Source: an uncultured virus (IMG/VR IMGVR_UViG_3300017719_000001) (taxonomy: Duplodnaviria; Heunggongvirae; Uroviricota; Caudoviricetes). Taken from it: a stretch of 64,000 nucleotides of DNA. Under the pieces are notes generated by a model that searched no databases, was not told the DNA's origin, and was given only the letters and a program-made list of their open reading frames with translations. Both the position numbers and the translations under genes were made by a program. The first letter of the stretch is position 1, and every line of letters begins with the position of its first letter. This document shows, in pieces, positions 22,206-30,878 of this stretch. The stretch is from the IMG/VR virus record IMGVR_UViG_3300017719_000001. One strand, given 5' to 3'.

Positions 22206-23028
22206 TTAATAAGCTCTCGAAGTTTTCTATGAATCTGCCGATGAAATTAGGGTTAATAACTCTGATTCTACTACGCTCTTCATTTAAATCATTAACATAT
22301 TGTCTATTAGTAACATAGCTTAACGAGGCGGCAGGTGTGGCAACATCTTCCTGATTAATGAAGGTCATATTAGTATACTCTCTTTGAACACCATCTTCAT
22401 CTGTAATATAATAGTGATGTGGTGCATCTGCATAGTTAAACACTTCATATGATTCAACAGTGTCTTGTGTGTTTGATCCAATTAAGAACTCGTAGTTATT
22501 ATTATTTAATGCACCATCGCCTGAATATCTATTTGTATTCTGCATATCTTGAATCACTAATTGGTTCATATCAATGTTTTTCTTAGTGAGTGTACCAATT
22601 GCGCCTGATACAGACCCTGTGATTGTTTCTCCTAATTCATATCTACCAGATAAAGAGTCTCTGAATTCACTAATGGTACCATCTCCTGTTCGCACAATAA
22701 CCGGCCTTGTAGTAATTGCATACCCATTATAGTGTTCTTTTATATACTCAAATAACTGTTCTTGTGATAATGGCCACACTTTATACCCATCGTGCAGAAA
22801 TTCATTAATAACAAAGAATGTCCAATAGAAATCAGGTGTACCATATAACCTTTGTGATACGGTATCAGGTCTTTCGCCGTTTTTTACTTCATAGAATTTA
22901 TACAGAGATGGGTTATCCACAAAATTCTGTAGTGGTCTTACGTTACGGAAGATATTAACCATGCGCATGACTGACCCATCTTTCTTTAGATCATAGTTAA
23001 TAGTAGGAAATTGTTTGAAAAAACTCAT
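22198..23028 (-). CDS. gp53: baseplate wedge protein
   Basis: FFKQFPTINY; GERPDTVSQRLYGTPDFYW; LNEERSRIRVI. Confidence 0.9.
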   Translation of the reverse strand: MSFFKQFPTINYDLKKDGSVMRMVNIFRNVRPLQNFVDNPSLYKFYEVKNGERPDTVSQRLYGTPDFYWTFFVINEFLHDGYKVWPLSQEQLFEYIKEHYNGYAITTRPVIVRTGDGTISEFRDSLSGRYELGETITGSVSGAIGTLTKKNIDMNQLVIQDMQNTNRYSGDGALNNNNYEFLIGSNTQDTVESYEVFNYADAPHHYYITDEDGVQREYTNMTFINQEDVATPAASLSYVTNRQYVNDLNEERSRIRVINPNFIGRFIENFESLLNE

Positions 23029-23030
23029 AT

Positions 23031-23834
23031 TTATGCCTCTGATTTACTCTTTGGATAATCAAAATTCTGTTGTACCTTGCTTGGTGGTCTTTCTGAACCA
23101 CCTTCACCAGGTACGTGATATAGATCATTACGAGTAAGTTGTCTTTGTTCTTGAAAGGATAGACCAATAGTTATGTCTGTAGGTGCACCGTCTTTATGAA
23201 ACATATTCGCATTATTATTATATGATGCGTTCATACCAGTTAGATATGAATCAAAAATAAACGGCATATATTCATTTACCTTCTTACCTTTCATAAATTT
23301 AATACGAAAGAGTGGTGGGTATTTAAGAGCAAATTCACCCTCTCTCTTTGCATACATATACTTTCTAAATGTATGTTCAATAACACGAATGGTCTCTGCT
23401 TCTTTTGAATTAGATGCAACTAAATTAAAGTTTAATTCAAATGTACGAATAGACGCACCTTCATATGTAAGTGTTGATTGGTTATTTAATGCAACTCCTG
23501 CTTTAACTGTAGATGCAGCTGCCACACTTAAATCATCACCTATACCCATTTTCTGCATGAGAGCAGTACCAATGGCTGTAGCTTCTAAATCAGTGGCTAA
23601 TTTCTTATTACCTTCTTCGTCTTTTTGCATCATACCTTGCACTGCATTAATTGTGCCTAGGTCTATGTTACCAAAGTTTGCACCATCACCTAGTGAAATA
23701 CCTGATGGTACATATAAGTGAATTTTAAACACATCAGAGTCAAATTCTTTACCTATGATCTCGAAAGAAACGTGATGCCCACCCTTTGTGACCTCTTCTC
23801 CGAGTGTATGTGGAAATGCTATAATTGATGACAT
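23031..23834 (-). CDS. gp48: baseplate tail tube cap
   Basis: RTFELNFNL..EAETI..I..F; YPPLFRIKF; DGAP..ITIGLSFQE. Confidence 0.82.
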   Translation of the reverse strand: MSSIIAFPHTLGEEVTKGGHHVSFEIIGKEFDSDVFKIHLYVPSGISLGDGANFGNIDLGTINAVQGMMQKDEEGNKKLATDLEATAIGTALMQKMGIGDDLSVAAASTVKAGVALNNQSTLTYEGASIRTFELNFNLVASNSKEAETIRVIEHTFRKYMYAKREGEFALKYPPLFRIKFMKGKKVNEYMPFIFDSYLTGMNASYNNNANMFHKDGAPTDITIGLSFQEQRQLTRNDLYHVPGEGGSERPPSKVQQNFDYPKSKSEA

Positions 23835-23844
23835 AATTTACCCT

Positions 23845-23886
23845 TATAAATAGTAATACATTTAATATTATATAAGGTTATTTATA
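23845..23886. promoter_or_regulatory. face-to-face late promoters (+ 23845-23852, - 23879-23886)
   Basis: TATAAATA on each strand in the 52-nt gap between divergent gp48 and gp4. Confidence 0.7.
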
Positions 23887-24333
23887 ATGGCTTACAAAGG
23901 AAAATATCAAATAAAGGACACAAAAAAGTACTTAGGTGACCCTACAAAGGTTACATATAGGTCTTTATGGGAACGTCAGGCCTTTAAATGGTGTGAATCA
24001 AACCCTCGTGTTAAACGCTGGAACAGTGAAGAGATTGTTGTTCCCTATAAGTGTAAGACAGACAATAAGTTACATAGGTATTATGTTGATTTATTAGTAG
24101 AGTTTGATAACAGAGATATTATTCTTGTTGAAATCAAACCTAAGAAAGAGACTATGGCACCTAAGAAGCCCAGTCGCAAGACAAAACGATACATTAATGA
24201 GGTTACCACTTATATTAAAAATACATCTAAGTGGACAGCTGCCGATCAATACGCCAAGCATAAAGGTTGGAAGTTCCAAGTGTGGACAGAAGATACTTTA
24301 AAGAATCTTGGTATAAAACTACTAAAGAGTTGA
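23887..24333 (+). CDS. gp4: head completion protein (nuclease fold)
   Basis: MAYKGKY..KYLGDPTKVTYRSLWE; SEEIVVPY; HRYYVD; EIKP; KW.AA. Confidence 0.93.
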   Translation: MAYKGKYQIKDTKKYLGDPTKVTYRSLWERQAFKWCESNPRVKRWNSEEIVVPYKCKTDNKLHRYYVDLLVEFDNRDIILVEIKPKKETMAPKKPSRKTKRYINEVTTYIKNTSKWTAADQYAKHKGWKFQVWTEDTLKNLGIKLLKS

Positions 24334-24341
24334 TATAAATA
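24334..24341 (+). promoter_or_regulatory. late promoter TATAAATA, 5 nt before gp2 ATG
   Basis: TATAAATA-ACTAT-ATG. Confidence 0.7.
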
Positions 24342-24346
24342 ACTAT

Positions 24347-24940
24347 ATGGCTAGTTTATTCGATACACTACAAGCAAATGCATTCAGGTCTGGAGTCCAG
24401 GCACGAACAAAAGCATCTAGGAAATGGTTTGAAAAGAACGTAGAGAAGTTAAAGATGCCTTCTCGTAATGCATTATTAAAAGACTCTGCCCTGGATCCTG
24501 TTAGTAAACAGATTGCAGGTAATATGTATATGTATTTCTATGATCCAAAGCATAAGAAAACATTACCTTACTATGATAGATTCCCTTTAACTATTATGTT
24601 ACAGCCAGTAAAAGGTGGGTTCCAGGGGTTAAATTTACACTATCTACAGCCTGACATACGTGCTAAATTCCTTGATGAATTAATGAAGCTAGCGCCAAGT
24701 AAGGTAAAGAATAATAGTAGGTTAACCAAGTTAAGATATGACTTGTTACAGTCTACCCGTAAATATAAAGAATTCAGACCATGCTTTAAAACATATCTAA
24801 CAAGTCAGGTAGCCTCAAGAATGGTTAGGGTACCAATGACCGAATGGGAAATTGCAGTATTCTTACCAACAGAACAGTTTAAGAAATCTGGTAAACAGAA
24901 TGTTTGGAAAGATTCACTTAAAATTGCGAGACAATCATGA
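24347..24940 (+). CDS. gp2: DNA end protector protein
   Basis: YDPKHKKTLPYYDRFPL; GLNLHYL; LPTEQF. Confidence 0.93.
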   Translation: MASLFDTLQANAFRSGVQARTKASRKWFEKNVEKLKMPSRNALLKDSALDPVSKQIAGNMYMYFYDPKHKKTLPYYDRFPLTIMLQPVKGGFQGLNLHYLQPDIRAKFLDELMKLAPSKVKNNSRLTKLRYDLLQSTRKYKEFRPCFKTYLTSQVASRMVRVPMTEWEIAVFLPTEQFKKSGKQNVWKDSLKIARQS

Positions 24941-25578
24941 GTAATATAGACGCTTTAAAATCAACAATCGCTAAGAAGGGCGGCCTTGCAAAGGCCAATA
25001 GGTTTAATGTTATATTCACACCCCCAACACAAGCACTTCTTAATATTAACCCAGAGGTATTAGTCGGATCTTTGGTTAGTGGTGAAACACCTAGTGTAAA
25101 GAATTTAATTGCAGACCCAAGGGATATATCTTTGTTATGTGAACAAGCAACAATACCTTCGCGTTCTATATCAACACTTGATTTTATGGGTGATAAACAA
25201 AGTAACAAATTCCCATATGCACATATTGACGGCGATGTGACTATGCACTTTATATTAACGAATGATATGTACATGAAAACAATGTTTGATACCTGGATTT
25301 CTTCTATTATAGACGTAGATAATTTTAATTTAGGATATAAAGATGATTTTAGTACAGATATAATCATACAGACTTTAAATAGTAATAACGTACCAACATA
25401 CGGAGTCAAATTAGAGAAAGCATTCCCTATCGACAGTTCAGTTATTGCATTAAATAATACAGACGGAGAATACCTCCGTTGTACCATTACTTTTGCATAT
25501 GATAAATATGTAATAGAAGGACCATTAAGTTCAACTGCCTCTGCACTTAAAGCGGCAATACCAAATGGTCTGATATAA
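24937..25578 (+). CDS. gp54: baseplate tail tube initiator (gp54/gp19-like)
   Basis: GGLAKANRFNV; LCEQATIP; FDTW; KAFPI; TFAY. Confidence 0.75.
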   Translation: MSNIDALKSTIAKKGGLAKANRFNVIFTPPTQALLNINPEVLVGSLVSGETPSVKNLIADPRDISLLCEQATIPSRSISTLDFMGDKQSNKFPYAHIDGDVTMHFILTNDMYMKTMFDTWISSIIDVDNFNLGYKDDFSTDIIIQTLNSNNVPTYGVKLEKAFPIDSSVIALNNTDGEYLRCTITFAYDKYVIEGPLSSTASALKAAIPNGLI

Positions 25579-25614
25579 TATAATTAATGACATGAAATGT
25601 TAGGAGAGTAAATT

Positions 25615-26334
25615 ATGGCTTTGCCAATTTTAAATAGCTCAAGGTATGAGGCAACAATTCCAAGTACAGGGCAAACAATTGAATTTCGACCTTTCTTAGT
25701 AAAGGAAGAAAAGATTCTTATGGTTGCGATGGAATCAAAGAATAATAAGATGATGATGAAGGCTTTAAAAGATATTTTAAATGCTTGTATTTTTGATGAT
25801 GTAGAGGTAGACAAGTTAACAAGTTTTGATTTAGAGGAATTATTCCTAAGACTAAGATCAAAATCAGTCGGCGAGACTGTAGATATTAACTTAAAATGTG
25901 GAGAGTGTAGTGCAAATACACCTGTACAGATTAACCTTGAAGAGATTCAAATGGGTGAATTACCCAAAGAGAATCATATTATGTTAACCGATTCTATCGG
26001 TATGGAATTTAATTATCCTTCTGTTGATTTGGTAGCATCTTTGGAGTTTGATCCAGAGACAACTAAACCAGAGAAACAAATGGATATGACATATAAGATG
26101 ATTATCAATTGTATTGAAAATATTTTTAGTGATGATGAAGTATGGAATGCAGAGAATCAGACCGAAAAGGAACTCAAAGAGTTTATTGATGGTTTAAATT
26201 CTCAACAGTTTGCGAAGATTACTGAGTTTTTCGGAAAGCTTCCTTCACTAGAACATAAGATGGAGTTTACGTGTATATCATGTGGGGCAGAACAGGAGAT
26301 AGAGCTAAGAGGTCTCTCTAGTTTTTTTACCTAG
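25615..26334 (+). CDS. gp26: baseplate hub assembly protein
   Basis: MALP; FRPFLVKEEKIL; FDLEELFLRLRSKSVGE; two CxxC; GLSSFF. Confidence 0.9.
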   Translation: MALPILNSSRYEATIPSTGQTIEFRPFLVKEEKILMVAMESKNNKMMMKALKDILNACIFDDVEVDKLTSFDLEELFLRLRSKSVGETVDINLKCGECSANTPVQINLEEIQMGELPKENHIMLTDSIGMEFNYPSVDLVASLEFDPETTKPEKQMDMTYKMIINCIENIFSDDEVWNAENQTEKELKEFIDGLNSQQFAKITEFFGKLPSLEHKMEFTCISCGAEQEIELRGLSSFFT

Positions 26335-26525
26335 GCCTTTCGCATGATACTCTAGTTAACTACTATAAAACTAACTTTGCAATGATGCAACACCATAAGT
26401 ATAGTTTAAGTGAATTAGAAAATATGGTACCATGGGAAAGGGAGATATATGTCGCCCTACTCCAACAATGGATTAAAGAAGAAAATGAGCGTGTTGCAGA
26501 ACAAAATAGGAAAATGAAAAAATAA
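26322..26525 (+). CDS. gp51: gp51-like hub assembly domain (-1 frame of gp26; first ATG 26382)
   Basis: Not in ORF track. Manual translation FFYLGLSHDTLVNYYKTNFAMMQHHKYSLSELENMVPWEREIYVALLQQWIKEENER... Confidence 0.8.
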   Translation, partial: FFYLGLSHDTLVNYYKTNFAMMQHHKYSLSELENMVPWEREIYVALLQQWIKEENERVAEQNRKMKK

Positions 26526-26848
26526 TGAGTGAAGAAATTAAAAAAGATTACCATCCGGCAGATACTAATGGAGACGGTAAAGTGTCAACAAAAGAAGAAG
26601 AACTTTATTTAAAGTTTAAAGAAAAAGAACTAGAAGATCAAGACGCAATGAGAGATGCGCAGCGCAAGATGACATGGTTTGCATTAGGTGGACTATTGTT
26701 ATATCCATTCGCTGTAGTAGTTGCTTCACTTGCAGGATTAGATGAAGCTCAAAAAACATTGGGTAGTATGGCACCAACATATTTTGTGGCTGTTGCAGGT
26801 ATTGTAGCTGCCTTCTTTGGTGCTCAAGCATATTCGGGTAAGAAATAA
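26525..26848 (+). CDS. membrane protein with EF-hand-like loop
   Basis: DTNGDGKVSTKE loop, then two hydrophobic helices. Confidence 0.65.
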   Translation: MSEEIKKDYHPADTNGDGKVSTKEEELYLKFKEKELEDQDAMRDAQRKMTWFALGGLLLYPFAVVVASLAGLDEAQKTLGSMAPTYFVAVAGIVAAFFGAQAYSGKK

Positions 26849-26964
26849 TGGATCCGGTTAGTGCATGGGATTCACTATCATATGTTGATGGTGTTTTATT
26901 TTCAATTTGGTTAGGTATATTATATTACGGTAAATGTTGGATAGACAACAAATTTAAGGATTAA
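26848..26964 (+). CDS. small membrane protein (38 aa)
   Basis: Manual: MDPVSAWDSLSYVDGVLFSIWLGILYYGKCWIDNKFKD; TAATG coupling. Confidence 0.55.
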   Translation: MDPVSAWDSLSYVDGVLFSIWLGILYYGKCWIDNKFKD

Positions 26965-26969
26965 TAAAA

Positions 26970-28688
26970 ATGGCTGACGAAAGTAACAAGATGAAAGGTG
27001 GCAATAACAAGCTATCAATGAAACAGGTTGAGGCTGGGTTTGGTGGTAAAGATGCCAAGAAGGCGGCTGAAAAACAAGCTAAAAGTTTAACTGAATTAGT
27101 TGAGTCAATGAAAACTCAATCATCTAATGTTACTTCGCAAGTTACTGCTACTGTTGATATGCAGAAATCACTGCAGGGTCTTGAAGGGTTTATGGGAATG
27201 AACTCTAATGAAGAAACAGAGGCCATAAGAGAACAGTTTGATAGTTTAAATGCCATCATGCAAGAACAGGTATCACTGCAAGAACAGGGCCTTAAATTCG
27301 ACCAAGGGTTAATAGACAGAACAAACGACCAACTTGCTGCATTACAAGAGGGTATCCAATCAGAAGAAGATAAAAGAGAAGCTATAAAGAAACAAGAAGA
27401 AGCCAATTCTCTCCTATTAAAAATGTCTAATTCATTTGATAAAGGAATAGGTAAGGTTAAAGAAACTGGCGGCTTCCTTGCAGGTATAGCTGGTCTAGCC
27501 ACACTCATATTAAATCCAGAAGCCTTTGCAAAGGGTATTAAAGCTGTCATCGGATTTGTTCAAGATATGGTAGATGTGGTAGAGAAAGTATTTGCTGGAG
27601 ACTTTAGTGGTGCCGCAGATGTATTAAAAGACAACCTTGGTATAATTGGCGGAATCCTTGGTGGTATGTTATTATTAAACCTAGGTAAGGCACTCAGGGC
27701 TGTAAGAAAAGTTGCAACTGCATTTAAGGTCTTCGGTACCTTTATGAAAGGAACCTTTGTTAAAGATATGCTATTCAGCTTGGGTGAAAAAATGAAAGCT
27801 GTTGGTGCTACTATGATGAAACCAATACGTGCTCTTGTTGCAGGCTTTAAAACATTCCGAGTGTTTATGTTAACCTCCTTTGTTCCAACCATTATGGGCA
27901 GTCTATCTAGTATGATGTCGTCTGTAGGTGGAGCATTTATGAAGGTATTTAATGGATTAAGAAAAGCCTTTATGGTCTTTAGAGTGTTTATGTTAACCTC
28001 CTTTGTTCCAGCAATGATATCTGCACTAGTAGGTATGATGAGTGCAATGGTACCTATTCTAATAGCCATGGCACCTATCTTATTACCTATTCTTGCCATC
28101 GCTGCACTCTTTGCTATCATTGGTATTGCTCTAGTAAAAATAAGAGACGCATTAGGATTTACATCTATCTTTGATGTAATGATGCTCGGCCTTGCTTACT
28201 TACAAGATGCATTCGCAACAGTAGTTAATTTCATCGGTTCCATAGTCAACTTTATTACAGGTATGGTAGAGAAGTTTGGTAAGTTCTTAGGGTTTGAGTT
28301 TGATATACCTGAAATTCCTAAGATGGACACTAATAATGCCGAGAAGAAGAAGATTGAATTAGAGGCTAAAGCTGAACAAGCCAAGATAGATGCCGCAAAT
28401 GAAGCAGCTGCTCAACCCGAAGGTGTTGGTGAAGTTGAAGGGTTTGCAATGCCTGATATGGCAACTATGGAGATACCAGAGATTGATACAGGTGCACAAT
28501 TATCTGATATGTCGGCTGAGAACGCTCTAGCAGGGGTACAGACTGGCTCAGAGAATAATGTGGTTACACAGGTATCATCTTCTAATACTTCAAATAGTGG
28601 TAACACTTCTAATACAGTTATTCAAGGCCATAGACCTAGTAGGACTTCTGATTTCCTACACTTTGGCTTTGGTTCATTCGCAAGATAA
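26970..28688 (+). CDS. tape measure protein (gp29-like)
   Basis: 572 aa, coiled N-term, amphipathic 41-aa repeats, hydrophobic segment, S/T/N-rich C-term; follows gp26/51. Confidence 0.7.
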   Translation: MADESNKMKGGNNKLSMKQVEAGFGGKDAKKAAEKQAKSLTELVESMKTQSSNVTSQVTATVDMQKSLQGLEGFMGMNSNEETEAIREQFDSLNAIMQEQVSLQEQGLKFDQGLIDRTNDQLAALQEGIQSEEDKREAIKKQEEANSLLLKMSNSFDKGIGKVKETGGFLAGIAGLATLILNPEAFAKGIKAVIGFVQDMVDVVEKVFAGDFSGAADVLKDNLGIIGGILGGMLLLNLGKALRAVRKVATAFKVFGTFMKGTFVKDMLFSLGEKMKAVGATMMKPIRALVAGFKTFRVFMLTSFVPTIMGSLSSMMSSVGGAFMKVFNGLRKAFMVFRVFMLTSFVPAMISALVGMMSAMVPILIAMAPILLPILAIAALFAIIGIALVKIRDALGFTSIFDVMMLGLAYLQDAFATVVNFIGSIVNFITGMVEKFGKFLGFEFDIPEIPKMDTNNAEKKKIELEAKAEQAKIDAANEAAAQPEGVGEVEGFAMPDMATMEIPEIDTGAQLSDMSAENALAGVQTGSENNVVTQVSSSNTSNSGNTSNTVIQGHRPSRTSDFLHFGFGSFAR

Positions 28689-28712
28689 AAAAAGGGACCC
28701 CGAAGGGTCCCT
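28687..28712 (-). terminator. intrinsic terminator with cUUCGg tetraloop
   Basis: - strand AGGGACCC-TTCG-GGGTCCCT then T-tract, downstream of gp32. Confidence 0.85.
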
Positions 28713-28778
28713 GAATGCCACACACTTTATCAGATATGCTCCAGACTGAACTGGGGTGGCCTATTACAACTCTTATTA

Positions 28779-29687
28779 TTATGAGTCTTTTGCAAGTTTA
28801 GCAAAGTAAGACAACGTATCATCTTCATCACTATCACTACTCGCTGGCTCAGGTGAATCCTGAGTTGCATATGCAGCAGTTGCCGCTGGGGCTTCCATTA
28901 CATTTTCAACTACAGGTGCCGCCATAGGAGCATGACCTGCGTCAACACCTAGGACTTTATTCATCTTTGCCTTGAGTTCATCATAAGACTTATAGTTTTT
29001 AGGATCAAGGAAGTCTTGTAGTGAGTATAGTTTACCATACACTTCTTCCAGTCTATCCTCATCGCCGCCAAATAAAGCACCGGCAGCAGCAAACTCTGAC
29101 TTATCATAGTTTACCCAACCTTCTACTTTACGTACTTTGATTTTGAAGTCAGCACCTTCCCAGAAATCGTAAGGATTGATAGGTGTTTCATCTTCAAATG
29201 CAGGTTGCATTGATTCCATCACTTTATCAAAGATTTTCTTGCCAAATTTGTACAAGAATACCTTTCCTTCGTTTTGAGGATTGGCAGGATCAGATACCAC
29301 AAGAATGTTTGACACATAATGTAGGCGTCTTTTGCGATCCCTTACTGTTACCTTATCTTCGTCTCTACCTGTGTTCCATAGAACGGTATTGGCTTCTGAT
29401 ACAGGATCAGGTTGGCCGATAGAAGTTAAGGAGTTCTCAATATACCATAGTCCACCAGGTCCTTGGAATCCGTGGTCCCAATATCTTACCCATGGTAGGT
29501 CTTCGCCTTCCATGCATGGTAAAAATCGGATTACCGCGAAACCATTTCCTGCTTTATCTCTGGTAGGTTTCCAGAAACGGTCATCACCATATGATTTAGT
29601 TTCTGTATTGGTAGATACTGCTTCAGCAGCTTTTACGAGTTTGTCGATTGACGAGCCTCGTGAGCTCTTTAAGTTTGCAAATGACAT
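28779..29687 (-). CDS. gp32: single-stranded DNA-binding protein
   Basis: DDRFWKP..DKAGNG.AVIRFLP; GKVFLYKFGKKIFDK; NYDKSEF; acidic tail DDTLSYFAKLA. Confidence 0.96.
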   Translation of the reverse strand: MSFANLKSSRGSSIDKLVKAAEAVSTNTETKSYGDDRFWKPTRDKAGNGFAVIRFLPCMEGEDLPWVRYWDHGFQGPGGLWYIENSLTSIGQPDPVSEANTVLWNTGRDEDKVTVRDRKRRLHYVSNILVVSDPANPQNEGKVFLYKFGKKIFDKVMESMQPAFEDETPINPYDFWEGADFKIKVRKVEGWVNYDKSEFAAAGALFGGDEDRLEEVYGKLYSLQDFLDPKNYKSYDELKAKMNKVLGVDAGHAPMAAPVVENVMEAPAATAAYATQDSPEPASSDSDEDDTLSYFAKLAKDS

Positions 29688-29750
29688 ATTTTTTCTCCGT
29701 ATATTGCATTGTATTTACTGAATTATCCACTTACGCATAATATAATGTAT

Positions 29751-29779
29751 ATTATAACACATTTGTGTTAATTTGTAAA
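29751..29779 (-). promoter_or_regulatory. early-type sigma70 promoter
   Basis: GTTTACA-17 nt-TATAAT, spacer ending TGTGT. Confidence 0.75.
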
Positions 29780-30358
29780 CCCTTTTCTTAATAAATTTTT
29801 ACATTTATCTGAATTAAAGCTTACAAAGGGAGTGTACTTTTCGATTCTTTTCTTAACATCAGGCCACATAATGGTATCTGTTATTTTAGAAGATTCTCGA
29901 GGTACAAATCCCAATAAGGAATTAAGAATAACAACAGTCTCTAAACTAATCTCTTCTTGCATCCACAACTGAATAACAAAGGGAAGTTGACCATCATAAC
30001 TCTCAAAGAGTTCTTCAAAGTTAACTTTCTGTTCACTCAGTATATTTATATCAACTGAAAAGTGACGATGAATACTTTCTAAGATTCTTTTATGATTCTT
30101 ATAATTATCTTCACCGCACTCGTTGATCATCTCTCCGACATATGATACACCATGTTTAAAGTTTGAAACATAGTAACCCATCATATCCTTTTCATACTGC
30201 CTTGCAACCTTTGCAAAGAAGTACTTATCTTTCCGTTTTAAAAATGAAGTCGGCTTCACATTTGTTTTAAAGTTATATTTAAAGGCATCATAGCCTTCTT
30301 GCTCGAAGTGTAGTTTTAAAGCATTATATAACTTGTATGACTCAAACGGATCAATCAT
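29768..30358 (-). CDS. gp59: helicase loader
   Basis: YKLYNALKLHF..YDAFKY; KRKDKYFF; ISLET; YTPF; synteny with gp32. Confidence 0.9.
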   Translation of the reverse strand: MIDPFESYKLYNALKLHFEQEGYDAFKYNFKTNVKPTSFLKRKDKYFFAKVARQYEKDMMGYYVSNFKHGVSYVGEMINECGEDNYKNHKRILESIHRHFSVDINILSEQKVNFEELFESYDGQLPFVIQLWMQEEISLETVVILNSLLGFVPRESSKITDTIMWPDVKKRIEKYTPFVSFNSDKCKNLLRKGFTN

Positions 30359-30359
30359 A

Positions 30360-30623
30360 TTAAACCATCACACTTTCGTATAGGGCTTCTACATCTTCTA
30401 CTTCACCCACAACATCATTCAAGTTTTGTTTGTGGTAGATAGTTGCCATTTTCTTCAAGTACTTTTTATCAATTTCAACATCATCACAACACGATATAAT
30501 GGCTTCTTTAATAAACTCTCGTTCAGCTGCCATACGCGTCATTGAATTGCTGATTTCTTCAATACAGCCCTTGATTCGCTTTTTATCTTCATCAGATGAT
30601 GGGATAATTACATTACTACTCAT
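30360..30623 (-). CDS. dsbA: double-stranded DNA-binding protein
   Basis: EISNSMTR..AEREFIKE; KMATIYHKQN; synteny with gp33/gp59. Confidence 0.75.
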   Translation of the reverse strand: MSSNVIIPSSDEDKKRIKGCIEEISNSMTRMAAEREFIKEAIISCCDDVEIDKKYLKKMATIYHKQNLNDVVGEVEDVEALYESVMV

Positions 30624-30632
30624 AATATTCTC

Positions 30633-30878
30633 CTATACTGGTAGCTTGTTGCCACCCTTTGATTTAATTAAATTGAGACCATGGGCCTCGTTTTCTATCT
30701 TTGCTTTAAGTGAATCGGTTAATAAACGTTTTAGGTTTGAATAATCCATTCCTCTCTGCTCGATAATCATTACCGCTGCATCTATATAAGATGTGTTAGG
30801 TGTCTTAGATACAAGTGTCTCCACTGCTAACGAGAATCTCTTCTTCGTCATTATTTTATGTTCTATAATATCATTCAT
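30633..30878 (-). CDS. gp33: late transcription co-activator
   Basis: FSLAVE; SYIDA; LKAKIENEA..LNL; C-term KLPV; start ATGA-coupled at 30878. Confidence 0.88.
   Translation of the reverse strand: MNDIIEHKIMTKKRFSLAVETLVSKTPNTSYIDAAVMIIEQRGMDYSNLKRLLTDSLKAKIENEAHGLNLIKSKGGNKLPV

Noticed and set aside
23887..24333. TnsA-like transposase
   Set aside because: Same fold as T4 gp4; sits in the gp4-gp2 context with no transposon ends or partner genes
28713..28765. Hammerhead ribozyme (CUGAUAA resembles CUGAUGA)
   Set aside because: Core mismatch and no GAAA/UH elements in the proper positions
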